Source: an uncultured Candidatus Saccharibacteria bacterium
Lineage (GTDB): Bacteria > Patescibacteriota > CALEFQ01
Direction: 5' to 3'
NCBI GenBank assembly: GCA_965230955.1
Contig: OZ246404.1
Coordinates: forward strand, 289,184 to 353,183
Length of the DNA: 64,000 bases
A model generated the notes under the pieces. It was not told the DNA's origin. It did no database searches and saw nothing but the letters and a program-made list of their open reading frames with translations. Of the stretch, positions 19,224 through 27,871 are shown in pieces (positions within the stretch are counted from its first letter, which is position 1; each line of letters begins with the position of its first letter). A program made the position numbers and the translations under genes.

Positions 19224-20393
19224 ATGTCCTGTATAATTCACGTTGACATGGATGCCTTCTTCCCCTCAGTCGAGCAGGTGCTTAATCCGAAATTAAAAGG
19301 TAAGCCGGTTATTGTCGGGGCCAAGCCGTCAGAGCGGGGAGTCGTGTCTTCAGCCAGTTATGAAGCTCGGGTTTTTGGAGTCCATTCGGCCATGCCTTCG
19401 GTGCGGGCAGGGCAACTGTGTCCGCAGGGTATTTTCATCCACGGTCATTATGATGCTTATCAAAAATATTCGGCGGCTATTCGCCGGATTTTTTTGCATT
19501 ACACCGGGGCCATGGACATGGTGTCGCTCGATGAAGCATATTTGGATTTCACCGGCTATGAATTACTGTACTCCGATATTCCCTTGATCGGACGGCGCAT
19601 TCAACAGGATATTTTTCGCGAGACCAAGCTGTCTTGCTCGGTTGGGGTAGCATCGTCTCGGGTCGTCGCCAAGGTGGCCAGCGATTTCAAAAAACCGCGC
19701 GGATTTACGGTCGTAGCTCCAGGTTATGAAAAAGATTTTTTTGCGCCTCTGCCGATCCGCAAATTACCGGGTATCGGGCCCAAGAGCGAGGAAGCGCTCA
19801 AGAATATCGGTATCAAAAAGCTGGGTGATATTTCCCGCCGCCCTTTGGAATTTTGGGCGAGCACCTGGGGCAAAGCCGGGGTGGCGCTATGGTATGAGTC
19901 TCGGGGACAAGATTATGGCCGTTTTTCGGCTACCCCGAAAAATCATTCTGTTTCTCGAGAAACTACCTTCAAAGTTGATACTCAGAATCAAACTCTTTTG
20001 CACTCTACTTTGGCGTATCTGGTCGAAAAAGCTGCCTATGATTTGCGTTTCCAGAGCGCTAAAGCCCAGGAAGTAAAAGTAAAAGTGCGCTATGAGGATT
20101 TTACGACGACTACCAGCGGCAAAAGACTGATGTTGGCGACGAGCAATACCACCGATCTCCATCGCGCGGCCAAAAACATTTTTGAGCGTCTGTATAAAAA
20201 AGGCCAGCGGGTTCGCCTGTTGGGCGTTGGTTTCGGCTGTCTGAAGCCTGACCGGGAGCAGGGTTCGATCTTTGACCTGCTTGAATCAAAAGAAAATCAC
20301 AAGCTCATTTCGCTGAACAATGCAGCGGATAAAATCAGGGGACGGTATGGTTTTGGGTCAATTGGTGTTTTGGGGGCGGCCAAAGAAGGATAG
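19224..20393 (+). CDS. dinB: DNA polymerase IV (Y-family translesion polymerase)
   Basis: IIHVDMDAFFPSVE, SLDEAYLD and the little-finger domain; adjacent to lexA. Confidence 0.85.
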   Translation: MSCIIHVDMDAFFPSVEQVLNPKLKGKPVIVGAKPSERGVVSSASYEARVFGVHSAMPSVRAGQLCPQGIFIHGHYDAYQKYSAAIRRIFLHYTGAMDMVSLDEAYLDFTGYELLYSDIPLIGRRIQQDIFRETKLSCSVGVASSRVVAKVASDFKKPRGFTVVAPGYEKDFFAPLPIRKLPGIGPKSEEALKNIGIKKLGDISRRPLEFWASTWGKAGVALWYESRGQDYGRFSATPKNHSVSRETTFKVDTQNQTLLHSTLAYLVEKAAYDLRFQSAKAQEVKVKVRYEDFTTTTSGKRLMLATSNTTDLHRAAKNIFERLYKKGQRVRLLGVGFGCLKPDREQGSIFDLLESKENHKLISLNNAADKIRGRYGFGSIGVLGAAKEG

Positions 20394-20470
20394 TGTAGAA
20401 TTTTGCAAAAATAAAACGACCACATAATGGCGGGTCGTTGTCGCCTTGCTGTTCAATTTTCCCGGTTTGT

Positions 20471-20800
20471 TTATTTCCGGTGCATTTCTTTGGCGGGGAT
20501 AAACCGAAGAGGTTCTGATCCGAGCAGATGCGGTTCGCAGTCAACTCCTATGTCGTTGTCGGCGAGTGCATCGATGATGAGGCGGATCGTTTCATAATCA
20601 TAGGAGCAGACGAGGATAAACGGTTTTTTTTGCGCGGTTCCGTCACAGGATTCGGTTATACATCCTGGGGACGTGAAAAAAGTGGTGATTGCATCTTTTT
20701 CAAGCTTGAGATCCCGCATTACTCGATTGATGCAGGGTTTCAGCTTTTCCTCGTACATGCTCCATTCAAATCCGAAAATCATGATATTGTGCATGGTCAT
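20471..20800 (-). CDS. Hypothetical protein (109 aa)
   Basis: AGGAGG RBS upstream on the minus strand; no recognisable domain. Confidence 0.4.
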   Translation of the reverse strand: MTMHNIMIFGFEWSMYEEKLKPCINRVMRDLKLEKDAITTFFTSPGCITESCDGTAQKKPFILVCSYDYETIRLIIDALADNDIGVDCEPHLLGSEPLRFIPAKEMHRK

Positions 20801-21040
20801 TCCTCCTTTCCTTAGATGGGTTGACCAAGACCTGTGAATTTATCATGAATTGTTTTTTTTTGTCAAACCTAGCCTCTGCTGTTGTTTTATGGAGAGTGTA
20901 GGCAGTAGGATGATGAGTTTTTGGCTGATCAATCGTTTCTTTTTGAGTATCCACAACTAAAAAACAAAAATTAATTAATATTGGCTTATATTAGCCGATA
21001 TTTTTTATTGGTCACTCTATTTGACATGGTTGACAGGTGG

Positions 21041-21069
21041 TTGAGTTTAACATCTCAGTGGTGTATAAT
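21041..21069 (+). promoter_or_regulatory. Sigma70-like promoter TTGAGT-N17-TATAAT for the mraZ/dcw operon
   Basis: -35 at 21041-21046, -10 at 21064-21069. Confidence 0.45.
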
Positions 21070-21087
21070 GGATTGTAGAGGGGAATA

Positions 21088-21123
21088 GTGGATAAAAGTG
21101 GGGAAAAGCAGGCCTTTCTGTGG
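21088..21123 (+). promoter_or_regulatory. Putative MraZ operator: three GTGG(A/G) boxes (21088, 21098, 21120), the first two spaced 10 bp apart
   Basis: GTGGATAAAAGTGGGGAAAAG...CTGTGGATAAC just downstream of the -10. MraZ is known to bind direct GTGG/TGGG repeats at 10-bp periodicity upstream of mraZ. Confidence 0.35.
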
Positions 21124-21212
21124 ATAACCTCAAGAGAAATGTCCAATTTCCAGTATCTGGAGATTGGGTGTCGGTCAGTATTAATTATCTAGAAATCGGT
21201 AATTCTTTACTT

Positions 21213-21644
21213 ATGTTTATCGGCGAGTATACACATTCAGTCGATCAAAAAGGCCGGATTGCTGTTCCGGCAAAATTTCGTTTGGAATTGACCCGCGGGG
21301 CGGTAATTACTCGCGGCTTGGATAATTGTCTTTTTATTTATACCAAAAAAGAGTGGCAAAAACTGGCGGAGAAAATGACCGCTATGCCGATCGGGCAAAA
21401 AAACTCTCGCGCTTTTGCGCGTTTGATGCTGGCCGGAGCGATGGATGTTGAGTTGGATGTTCAGGGGCGAGTCGTGATTCCGGAATATTTGCGGCAGTTC
21501 GCGACCATTCAGAAGCAAGCGGTTGTGGCCGGTTTATATAATCGCATTGAAATTTGGGATCTGGCGAAATGGCAAGCTTATAAAGCGGCTACCGAAAAAA
21601 ACAGTGAAGATATCGCCGAACGAATGGGAGAATTGGGAGTCTAA
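21213..21644 (+). CDS. mraZ: Transcriptional regulator MraZ
   Basis: MFIGEYTHSVDQKGRIAVPAKFR and a second DxxxR repeat (LDVQGRVVIPE). Confidence 0.85.
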   Translation: MFIGEYTHSVDQKGRIAVPAKFRLELTRGAVITRGLDNCLFIYTKKEWQKLAEKMTAMPIGQKNSRAFARLMLAGAMDVELDVQGRVVIPEYLRQFATIQKQAVVAGLYNRIEIWDLAKWQAYKAATEKNSEDIAERMGELGV

Positions 21645-21716
21645 AATTTTAGATTCAGAGTGCAAAATTAAATCGGTATTCTTTGTGATTCTGCATTTTG
21701 AATTCTGAATTTGAAT
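21644..21716. repeat. Imperfect palindromic element with TTGAATTCTGAAT core between mraZ and rsmH; related copy upstream of mraY (61229-61258)
   Basis: AGATTCAGAGTGCAAAAT...TGCATTTTGAATTCTGAATTTGAATC, compared with GCATTATGAATTTTGAATTCTGAATTATC at 61229. Confidence 0.45.
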
Positions 21717-21722
21717 CACTTT

Positions 21723-22655
21723 ATGTCGCAACATATTCCGGTCCTATTGCGTGAAGCGATTGCTTTCCTTGATCTTACGGGAGGGGAGCGAATCATTGAT
21801 GCGAATGTCGGATTGGGCGGTCATGCTCAAGTCGTTCTGGAAAAGATCGGTAAGCACGGGCAGTTTCTCGGAATTGATCGCGATGCAGAAGCTCTGCGGG
21901 AGGCTCGGCAAAATCTTTCCGCTTATGGCGAGCAAGTGACCCTGGTTCACGACACGTTCAGCCATTTGAGTGAAATCGCTTTGAGTCATAATTTCGGCGA
22001 TGTTGATGGCATTTTGTTTGATCTGGGACTGTCCAGTTGGCAATTGGGTAGCTATAAACGAGGATTCAGTTTTCAACGGGACGAATTGCTCGATATGCGT
22101 ATGGATCAGAGCCGAGGTTTGACTGCCGCTGAATTGCTCCATGCTTCAACCGAATCGGAATTGGTACGGATATTTCGCGAATTCGGCGAAGAACCTTTCG
22201 CCCGCCAGATTGCCGGTGCCATTGTATTCCGGGAAAAGAAAGAACGTCTGAATCGGACGGGGGAGCTGGTCGAGGTGATTATGTCGGCCGTGCCGAAAAA
22301 ATTTCATCACGGAAGAATTCATCCGGCGACCAGAGTTTTTCAGGCCTTGCGCATCGCGGTCAATGATGAACTGAATGAATTGAAAAAGGTTTTACCACAG
22401 GCGCTGACGATACTCAGGCCCAAAGGGCGGCTGGTGGTAATATCCTTTCACTCGCTGGAAGATAGAATCGTCAAAGATTTTTTCAAGCAGGAGTCAAAAG
22501 ATTGTATCTGCCCGCCGGAATTGCCGGTTTGTCGCTGTAATCATCGGGCGCGACTGACAATTCTGACGAAAAAGCCCATAACGCCAACCCAAGAAGAATT
22601 ATCTAATAATCCGCGTGCGCGCAGCGCTAAGCTGCGAGCCGTCCAAAAAAAATAA
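21723..22655 (+). CDS. rsmH: 16S rRNA (cytosine1402-N4)-methyltransferase RsmH (MraW)
   Basis: MSQHIPVLL.., DANVGLGGH, position in the dcw cluster. Confidence 0.85.
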   Translation: MSQHIPVLLREAIAFLDLTGGERIIDANVGLGGHAQVVLEKIGKHGQFLGIDRDAEALREARQNLSAYGEQVTLVHDTFSHLSEIALSHNFGDVDGILFDLGLSSWQLGSYKRGFSFQRDELLDMRMDQSRGLTAAELLHASTESELVRIFREFGEEPFARQIAGAIVFREKKERLNRTGELVEVIMSAVPKKFHHGRIHPATRVFQALRIAVNDELNELKKVLPQALTILRPKGRLVVISFHSLEDRIVKDFFKQESKDCICPPELPVCRCNHRARLTILTKKPITPTQEELSNNPRARSAKLRAVQKK

Positions 22656-22662
22656 CAAAAAT

Positions 22663-23022
22663 ATGGCTCATTATCTGACCTTGACTTCAAATTTCAGCAC
22701 CGGCCTGGGTCGGCGCAAAAAAACAGTCCGCCGCAATTTACAAGCCGGTCCGGTGACCATGGGCTATGTCGTCGTTTTTATGATCGCATTGCTTTGCTTT
22801 TTCTATCTGTTTCAAGTGGTTTTTGTATCCACGGCCGGTTATGAAACTTCTGAAATGGCCGCTGACATAAAAGAACTGGAAAAATCAAACAGCCGGATCC
22901 AATTGGAAATAAACGAGGCTCAGTCATTGCAGAAAATTCAAGCCGGAATCGATCAGGCCAGCCTGGTTCCGATTGAAAAAGTGAAATTTGTTGCGGCCGA
23001 CGGTTCAATCGCCAGTCGCTAG
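22663..23022 (+). CDS. ftsL: Cell division protein FtsL-like (single TM plus coiled coil)
   Basis: 119 aa, one TM helix, coiled coil, located between rsmH and ftsI. Confidence 0.5.
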   Translation: MAHYLTLTSNFSTGLGRRKKTVRRNLQAGPVTMGYVVVFMIALLCFFYLFQVVFVSTAGYETSEMAADIKELEKSNSRIQLEINEAQSLQKIQAGIDQASLVPIEKVKFVAADGSIASR

Positions 23023-23134
23023 CGATAATGCCTAGATACTTTAAGTATGTTAAAATGGAGCCGGTCACGCTAACGTGACACTGTGCTCTCTCCGGCGAGT
23101 AGCCGAGGAGGCGAGGCGGCTCTATTTTATTTAG

Positions 23135-24880
23135 ATGATCAAAAGAAGATCTGCCGCAAAATTATTTGCCAATTTTGACCGTTCCCTGATTTTGTTGGGT
23201 ATTGTTTTTATTGTGGCGATAATTATGCTGGTTCGTTTATTTAATATCCAAATTCTGGCGGCGCCTCATTATCAGGCGCTGGCCAAGGATCAGCACGAGC
23301 TGTATGAAGAACTCGTCCCGCAACGGGGTAGTATTCTGGTGGAGGATTCTTCTTCGCCGACGGGAACTTTTACTTTGGCGGCCAATAAGGATCTTTATTT
23401 GGTTTATGCCGTGCCTCGAGAAATCGAAGACGCCACAGACGTGGCTCGGCAATTGCACGAAATTATTCAGTTGGAACCGCAGGAAATAATCGACAAAATC
23501 GGGACGGATAAAGACGATCCTTATCAACCTATTGCGCGCAAGCTGGATAAAGGACAGGCTGATCGGGTTCGGGAATTGAATCTGAAGGGTTTGCGGCTAC
23601 AATCGGAAGATGTCCGGTTTTATCCCAATAGCACTTTGGCCAGCCATGTCTTGGGCTACGTGGGCTATGACATGAATAATAAATTGGGCGGAGTCACCGG
23701 TCTGGAAAAATATTATGAAGAAGAATTATCGGGACAACGCGGCGAATTGTTGGCGGAAAAAGACGCTCGCGGCCAGTGGTTGCCGGTCGGCGACAAAACC
23801 ATGGAGCGGGCGACCGACGGTTCCGATTTGGTTTTGACGCTGGACCGTACGATTCAATTCAAGGCGGAAGAAATGATCAAGCGGGCGGTCGAAGATCACG
23901 GCGCGGATAATGGCACGGTGATTGCCATGAATCCCAAAACCGGCGAAATAATCGCCATGGCGAATTATCCGGATTTTGATCCGAACGCTTATCAGCAAGT
24001 GGAAGATATAAGCGTTTTCAACAACTCGGCTGTATTTGATCGCTATGAACCGGGTTCCACCTTCAAGGTTTTGCAAGTGGCCGCGGGAATCGACGCGAAT
24101 AAAATCAGTCCGGAAACGACCTTCAATGATAGCGGTTCCATCAAGGTGGGGAGCTATACCATTTACAATTTTGAAAATCGATCCTATGGAAATTTAACGG
24201 TAACGCAGGCTATCGAGAAGTCGGACAACGTTGTCATGACTCAGATCGCCCAATTGCTGGGGCCGGATTTGATCAATCATTATTTCGACCAATTCGGATT
24301 GCGGAAGTTGACCGGGATCGATACGTCCAAAGAAACGGAGAATTACATTAAACCGGCCAAAGAGTGGAAAGATATTGATGTGGCCACTTCGGGATTCGGG
24401 CAGGGTGTCACGATTACTCCGATCCAATTGGTGGCGGCCGTTGCATCTTTGGTAAATAATGGTAAAATGATGCAACCTCATCTGGTGAAGGAGATTCGCC
24501 ATCCAGATGGGACGATCGAAAAAATCGACCCCAAATTCGTGCAACAGACGGTTCAGGGGAAAACAGCGGCCGCTTTGGTCGCGATTATGCGCAGCTCGGT
24601 CAAGAACGGTTTTGCCAAACCGGCGGAAGTGACGGGGTATGAAATTGCCGGAAAGACCGGGACGGCTCAGGTGGCTTCCAGTGATCAAAAAGGCTACGAC
24701 GCCAATAAAAAAATCGTATCCTTTATTGGCTTTCCTTCCGGCGATCCGGAGTTTGTCATGCTGGTAAAAGTTGATAATCCCAAAGGTGCGGAAGAGGCCG
24801 GCGTGACGGTGGCGGCTCCGCTTTTCCGAGATTTATCTAAATTTATTTTTTCTTATCGCGGCATCCCCCCAACTGAATAA
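23135..24880 (+). CDS. ftsI: Penicillin-binding protein 2/FtsI (transpeptidase)
   Basis: SxxK (GSTFKV), SxN (KSDN), KTG (GKTGTA); N-terminal TM anchor. Confidence 0.85.
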   Translation: MIKRRSAAKLFANFDRSLILLGIVFIVAIIMLVRLFNIQILAAPHYQALAKDQHELYEELVPQRGSILVEDSSSPTGTFTLAANKDLYLVYAVPREIEDATDVARQLHEIIQLEPQEIIDKIGTDKDDPYQPIARKLDKGQADRVRELNLKGLRLQSEDVRFYPNSTLASHVLGYVGYDMNNKLGGVTGLEKYYEEELSGQRGELLAEKDARGQWLPVGDKTMERATDGSDLVLTLDRTIQFKAEEMIKRAVEDHGADNGTVIAMNPKTGEIIAMANYPDFDPNAYQQVEDISVFNNSAVFDRYEPGSTFKVLQVAAGIDANKISPETTFNDSGSIKVGSYTIYNFENRSYGNLTVTQAIEKSDNVVMTQIAQLLGPDLINHYFDQFGLRKLTGIDTSKETENYIKPAKEWKDIDVATSGFGQGVTITPIQLVAAVASLVNNGKMMQPHLVKEIRHPDGTIEKIDPKFVQQTVQGKTAAALVAIMRSSVKNGFAKPAEVTGYEIAGKTGTAQVASSDQKGYDANKKIVSFIGFPSGDPEFVMLVKVDNPKGAEEAGVTVAAPLFRDLSKFIFSYRGIPPTE

Positions 24881-24976
24881 GATATAAGAAATAAGATGTA
24901 AGATTTAAGAAAAAGTATTTTCTTATATCTTAACTCTTATATCTTAATTCTTACATCTTACATCTTACATCTTAAT
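24876..24976. repeat. Heptamer (TAAGAT-type) tandem repeat palindromic element between ftsI and murF
   Basis: AATAAGATATAAGAAATAAGATGTAAGATTTAAG...CTTATATCTTAACTCTTATATCTTAATTCTTACATCTTACATCTTACATCTTAAT. Confidence 0.6.
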
Positions 24977-26281
24977 ATGCCTGTTCTGAAACGAACAATT
25001 GAAAAGGTCTTGAAATTCTATGCCCGGGCTGTCATTAAACGACGGCAGCCTTTAGTTGTGGGCGTGACAGGCAGTATAGGTAAGACCAGCACGAAAGAGG
25101 CGATCGCGTTGGTGCTGGCCAGCCGTTGGTCCGTGCGCCAGAGTCAGAAAAATTATAATAATGAATTGGGCGTGCCGCTGACCATTTTGGGACTGGATAC
25201 GGGCGGTCGAAGCGCGGGAGCCTGGTTAAGGATACTCACGGTCGGATTTTTCCGGGCCTTGTTTGGTACCGGCAAATATCCCCAGGTCTTAGTCCTGGAA
25301 TTGGGGATCGATCGTCCGGGCGATATGGATCCGCTGCTGTTTATGTCGAAGCCGGCGATCGGCGTCATCACTACCATTGGTCCCACCCATTTGGAATTTT
25401 TCGATAGCATCAATGAAATCGCCAAGGAAAAAGGCAAACTGGTGCGCTCTCTGAATCACGGCGGTTTCGCGGTGCTGAATTTTGACGATCAGCGCGTCAG
25501 TGATTTGGCCAATACCGTTACGGCGGAAGTATTGACTTATGGATTTCAAAAAGGAGCGGCGGTTCGCGGCTTAGTTACTCCGGCTGGCATGAGTTTGGAT
25601 AGCGACCATTGGCTGGATAGCCCGGCGAGCGGAAGAACGGGTTTGAGCCTAAAAATTTCCTACCGCGGCAATATTGTGCCCGTCCGTCTGCCGTCGGTCG
25701 GGTTGCCTCAGGCCTACGCGGCTCTGGCAGCGGCGGCGGTGGGTTTGTCTCAGAAGATGAATTTGATTGAAATCGCCAATGCTTTGCACCGATGTTGTTC
25801 TTTGCCCGGACGTATGAATCTGATAGAAGGAATAAAGAAAACACTGATTGTGGATGATTCATATAATTCAGCCCCGGTTTCAGCCATTTCCGCGCTGTCT
25901 TATCTCCAGAGCATGAAAGGCAGCGGGCGCAAAATCGCGGTTTTGGGCGATATGCTGGAATTGGGAATTTATACCGAAGAGGGACATCGCGAGGTGGGGA
26001 CGCGCGCGGCCGAGGCGGTTGATATTTTGGTGACTGTCGGTCGACGAGCGAAATTCATGGCTGAGGCGGCTCGCACGGCCGGGATCTCCATGGCGAAGGA
26101 ATTTGACAGTTATCAGGAAGTCGGTAAATACTTAGAAAGTATTTTGCATCCCTATGACATGGTGTTAATCAAGGCGTCGCAGGGAATTCGTCTGGAAAAA
26201 GTGGTAAAAGAGATTATGGCTCGACCCCAAGACGCGGAAAAATTGTTGGTCCGGCAGGGGAAGAGATGGCAGGAAATATAG
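24977..26281 (+). CDS. murF: UDP-N-acetylmuramoyl-tripeptide--D-alanyl-D-alanine ligase
   Basis: Mur ligase P-loop GVTGSIGKTSTKE and MurF-type NYNNELGVPLT. Confidence 0.75.
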   Translation: MPVLKRTIEKVLKFYARAVIKRRQPLVVGVTGSIGKTSTKEAIALVLASRWSVRQSQKNYNNELGVPLTILGLDTGGRSAGAWLRILTVGFFRALFGTGKYPQVLVLELGIDRPGDMDPLLFMSKPAIGVITTIGPTHLEFFDSINEIAKEKGKLVRSLNHGGFAVLNFDDQRVSDLANTVTAEVLTYGFQKGAAVRGLVTPAGMSLDSDHWLDSPASGRTGLSLKISYRGNIVPVRLPSVGLPQAYAALAAAAVGLSQKMNLIEIANALHRCCSLPGRMNLIEGIKKTLIVDDSYNSAPVSAISALSYLQSMKGSGRKIAVLGDMLELGIYTEEGHREVGTRAAEAVDILVTVGRRAKFMAEAARTAGISMAKEFDSYQEVGKYLESILHPYDMVLIKASQGIRLEKVVKEIMARPQDAEKLLVRQGKRWQEI

Positions 26282-26287
26282 TCGCTG

Positions 26288-26333
26288 GTCATTAGTCGTT
26301 AGTCTTTAGCCAACGACTAATGACTAAAGACTA
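26288..26333. repeat. Palindrome GTCATTAGTCG-N15-CGACTAATGAC with AGTCTTTAG repeats (murF terminator region)
   Basis: Perfect 11-bp stem; same heptamer family as at 19151 and 30034. Confidence 0.55.
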
Positions 26334-26339
26334 TTTTAT

Positions 26340-26415
26340 GGCGCCATCGTCTAGTGGTCTAGGACACTGCCCTCTCACGGCAGGAACCTGGGTTCAAATC
26401 CCAGTGGCGCTACCA
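26340..26415 (+). tRNA. tRNA-Glu (anticodon CTC)
   Basis: Cloverleaf GGCGCCA-TC-GTCTAGTGGTCTAGGAC-A-CTGCC-CTCTCAC-GGCAG-..-CTGGGTTCAAATCCCAG-TGGCGCT-A-CCA. Confidence 0.85.
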
Positions 26416-26497
26416 ACGAATTTTGCTTCTCTTGGGAAGCAAAAAAGACAGTAAAAGATGATAAATCGCATAAATAAGTAAAATTAGCTGTGGATAT

Positions 26498-26998
26498 ATG
26501 ACAATTAAGAAAAAAGTACAATATATTGAGGGCTTAATTTCTGGTTGTCAGCGGAATGATTGCCAGGATACTTGTTGTGATGACGATCAGGTGGAAGAAT
26601 GGGTAAATGAATATTTTGCATTTCACGAAAGAATGAAAGATCATTTGACGTCACTAGGGATAAAGATTGAGTTCATTGGAGATAGAGTCCGTTTTAAAAA
26701 CTGCACAGATGGCAAAAGATGTAAACTCTTAAAACACTCTCTAAACAAAGATGTTGATCCGCGCCCCATCGATTGCAAAATATTTCCTTTTGTCGTGGAT
26801 TGGGATTCGATAGACTTTGATAGGAAAATAGTAGATTTATATTATTGGGATGATTCTTGTCCCTTGGTTAAGGAAAATAAAATTCCTGGTGATTTTCTGA
26901 AAGAAGTAGAGAATATAATAAAGCGGGACTTTGCTGTGCTATTTTACGGAGCGAGGTTTGCAGTCAGATTTAAAGATAAACCGACTGCCACAGCCTGA
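26498..26998 (+). CDS. Cys-rich hypothetical protein, possibly YkgJ/UPF0153-like (CxxCxxCC-type metal-binding)
   Basis: N-terminal GCQRNDCQDTCCDDD plus additional conserved Cys; lies in the low-GC islet. Confidence 0.35.
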   Translation: MTIKKKVQYIEGLISGCQRNDCQDTCCDDDQVEEWVNEYFAFHERMKDHLTSLGIKIEFIGDRVRFKNCTDGKRCKLLKHSLNKDVDPRPIDCKIFPFVVDWDSIDFDRKIVDLYYWDDSCPLVKENKIPGDFLKEVENIIKRDFAVLFYGARFAVRFKDKPTATA

Positions 26999-27142
26999 TT
27001 ATCTGTGAAGGATGGGAATATGGAAATCACCATCCAATTCCCTGGAAAAGGTTCCGATTATGTCTACTGTGGCCTACCAAGTTACTTTCTTTTGGTTGGA
27101 ATTAAATTACCAGGCCAAATCACGAAAAAATAATAGCCATTT

Positions 27143-27397
27143 ATGGAACTTATAGACATAGTGGGTTATTGCGCCGGAATTCTGGTTGTCATATCCTTAC
27201 TTCCGCAGACGATTAAAAGTTGGCGGACAAAATCAACAAAAGATTTATCTTATTGGAGATATATTATTTATGTCGTTGGGTTGGTCTTATGGATTACATA
27301 TGCAATCATAATTCATAACGGACCTGTGGCGGTAATGAATAGTGCCGGGTTGGTTCTTGCTGTTTCGATTCTTATGCTCAAGATAAAATACGGATAA
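27143..27397 (+). CDS. SemiSWEET (PQ-loop, 3-TM sugar transporter)
   Basis: 84 aa, three TM helices, PQ motif LLPQTIKSWRTKSTKDLS; low-GC islet. Confidence 0.6.
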   Translation: MELIDIVGYCAGILVVISLLPQTIKSWRTKSTKDLSYWRYIIYVVGLVLWITYAIIIHNGPVAVMNSAGLVLAVSILMLKIKYG

Positions 27398-27489
27398 TTC
27401 ATTTTGTCACATTATCTTGTTCCTGAGTAACGTCTGTGTAACAAGTTTTTGAACTATTTCGGCCTCAAGAATATTTAAATATCAAATTT

Positions 27490-27735
27490 ATGGTCATGGA
27501 ACTTAAGGGTAACGAGCTATATAATCTAAAAGTCCCGGCCGGAAAACATACCTATTTTTTTGATGTTAGAAAATCAGAGAGCGGCAATTATATCGTGATT
27601 ACCGAGACGCGGCGGGATGGTAAAAAATTTATCCATGACAGAATAACGGTCTTCGACGACCAACTTGATAATTTTGTCAAAGGCTTGGAGGAGGTAAAGA
27701 AATTTCTCCGAGGGAAACAGATTAAATATAGCTAG
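27490..27735 (+). CDS. DUF3276/PUR-alpha-like small nucleic-acid-binding protein
   Basis: 81 aa; KTYFFDVRKSESGNYIVITETRRDGKKFIHDRITVFDDQLDNF resembles bacterial Pur-alpha repeat proteins. Confidence 0.4.
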   Translation: MVMELKGNELYNLKVPAGKHTYFFDVRKSESGNYIVITETRRDGKKFIHDRITVFDDQLDNFVKGLEEVKKFLRGKQIKYS

Positions 27736-27871
27736 AACGCAATTTCTATAACTTCTTTGGTTGAAAAAGATTGAATCGTTTTGGGGTTTATTCTGAAATT
27801 CAATCGAATAGTTTTTGAGAAATCGTGGTTGATAGGTAGAAGCCATTTAAGCGCCTAAAGCGTTTTTTATT

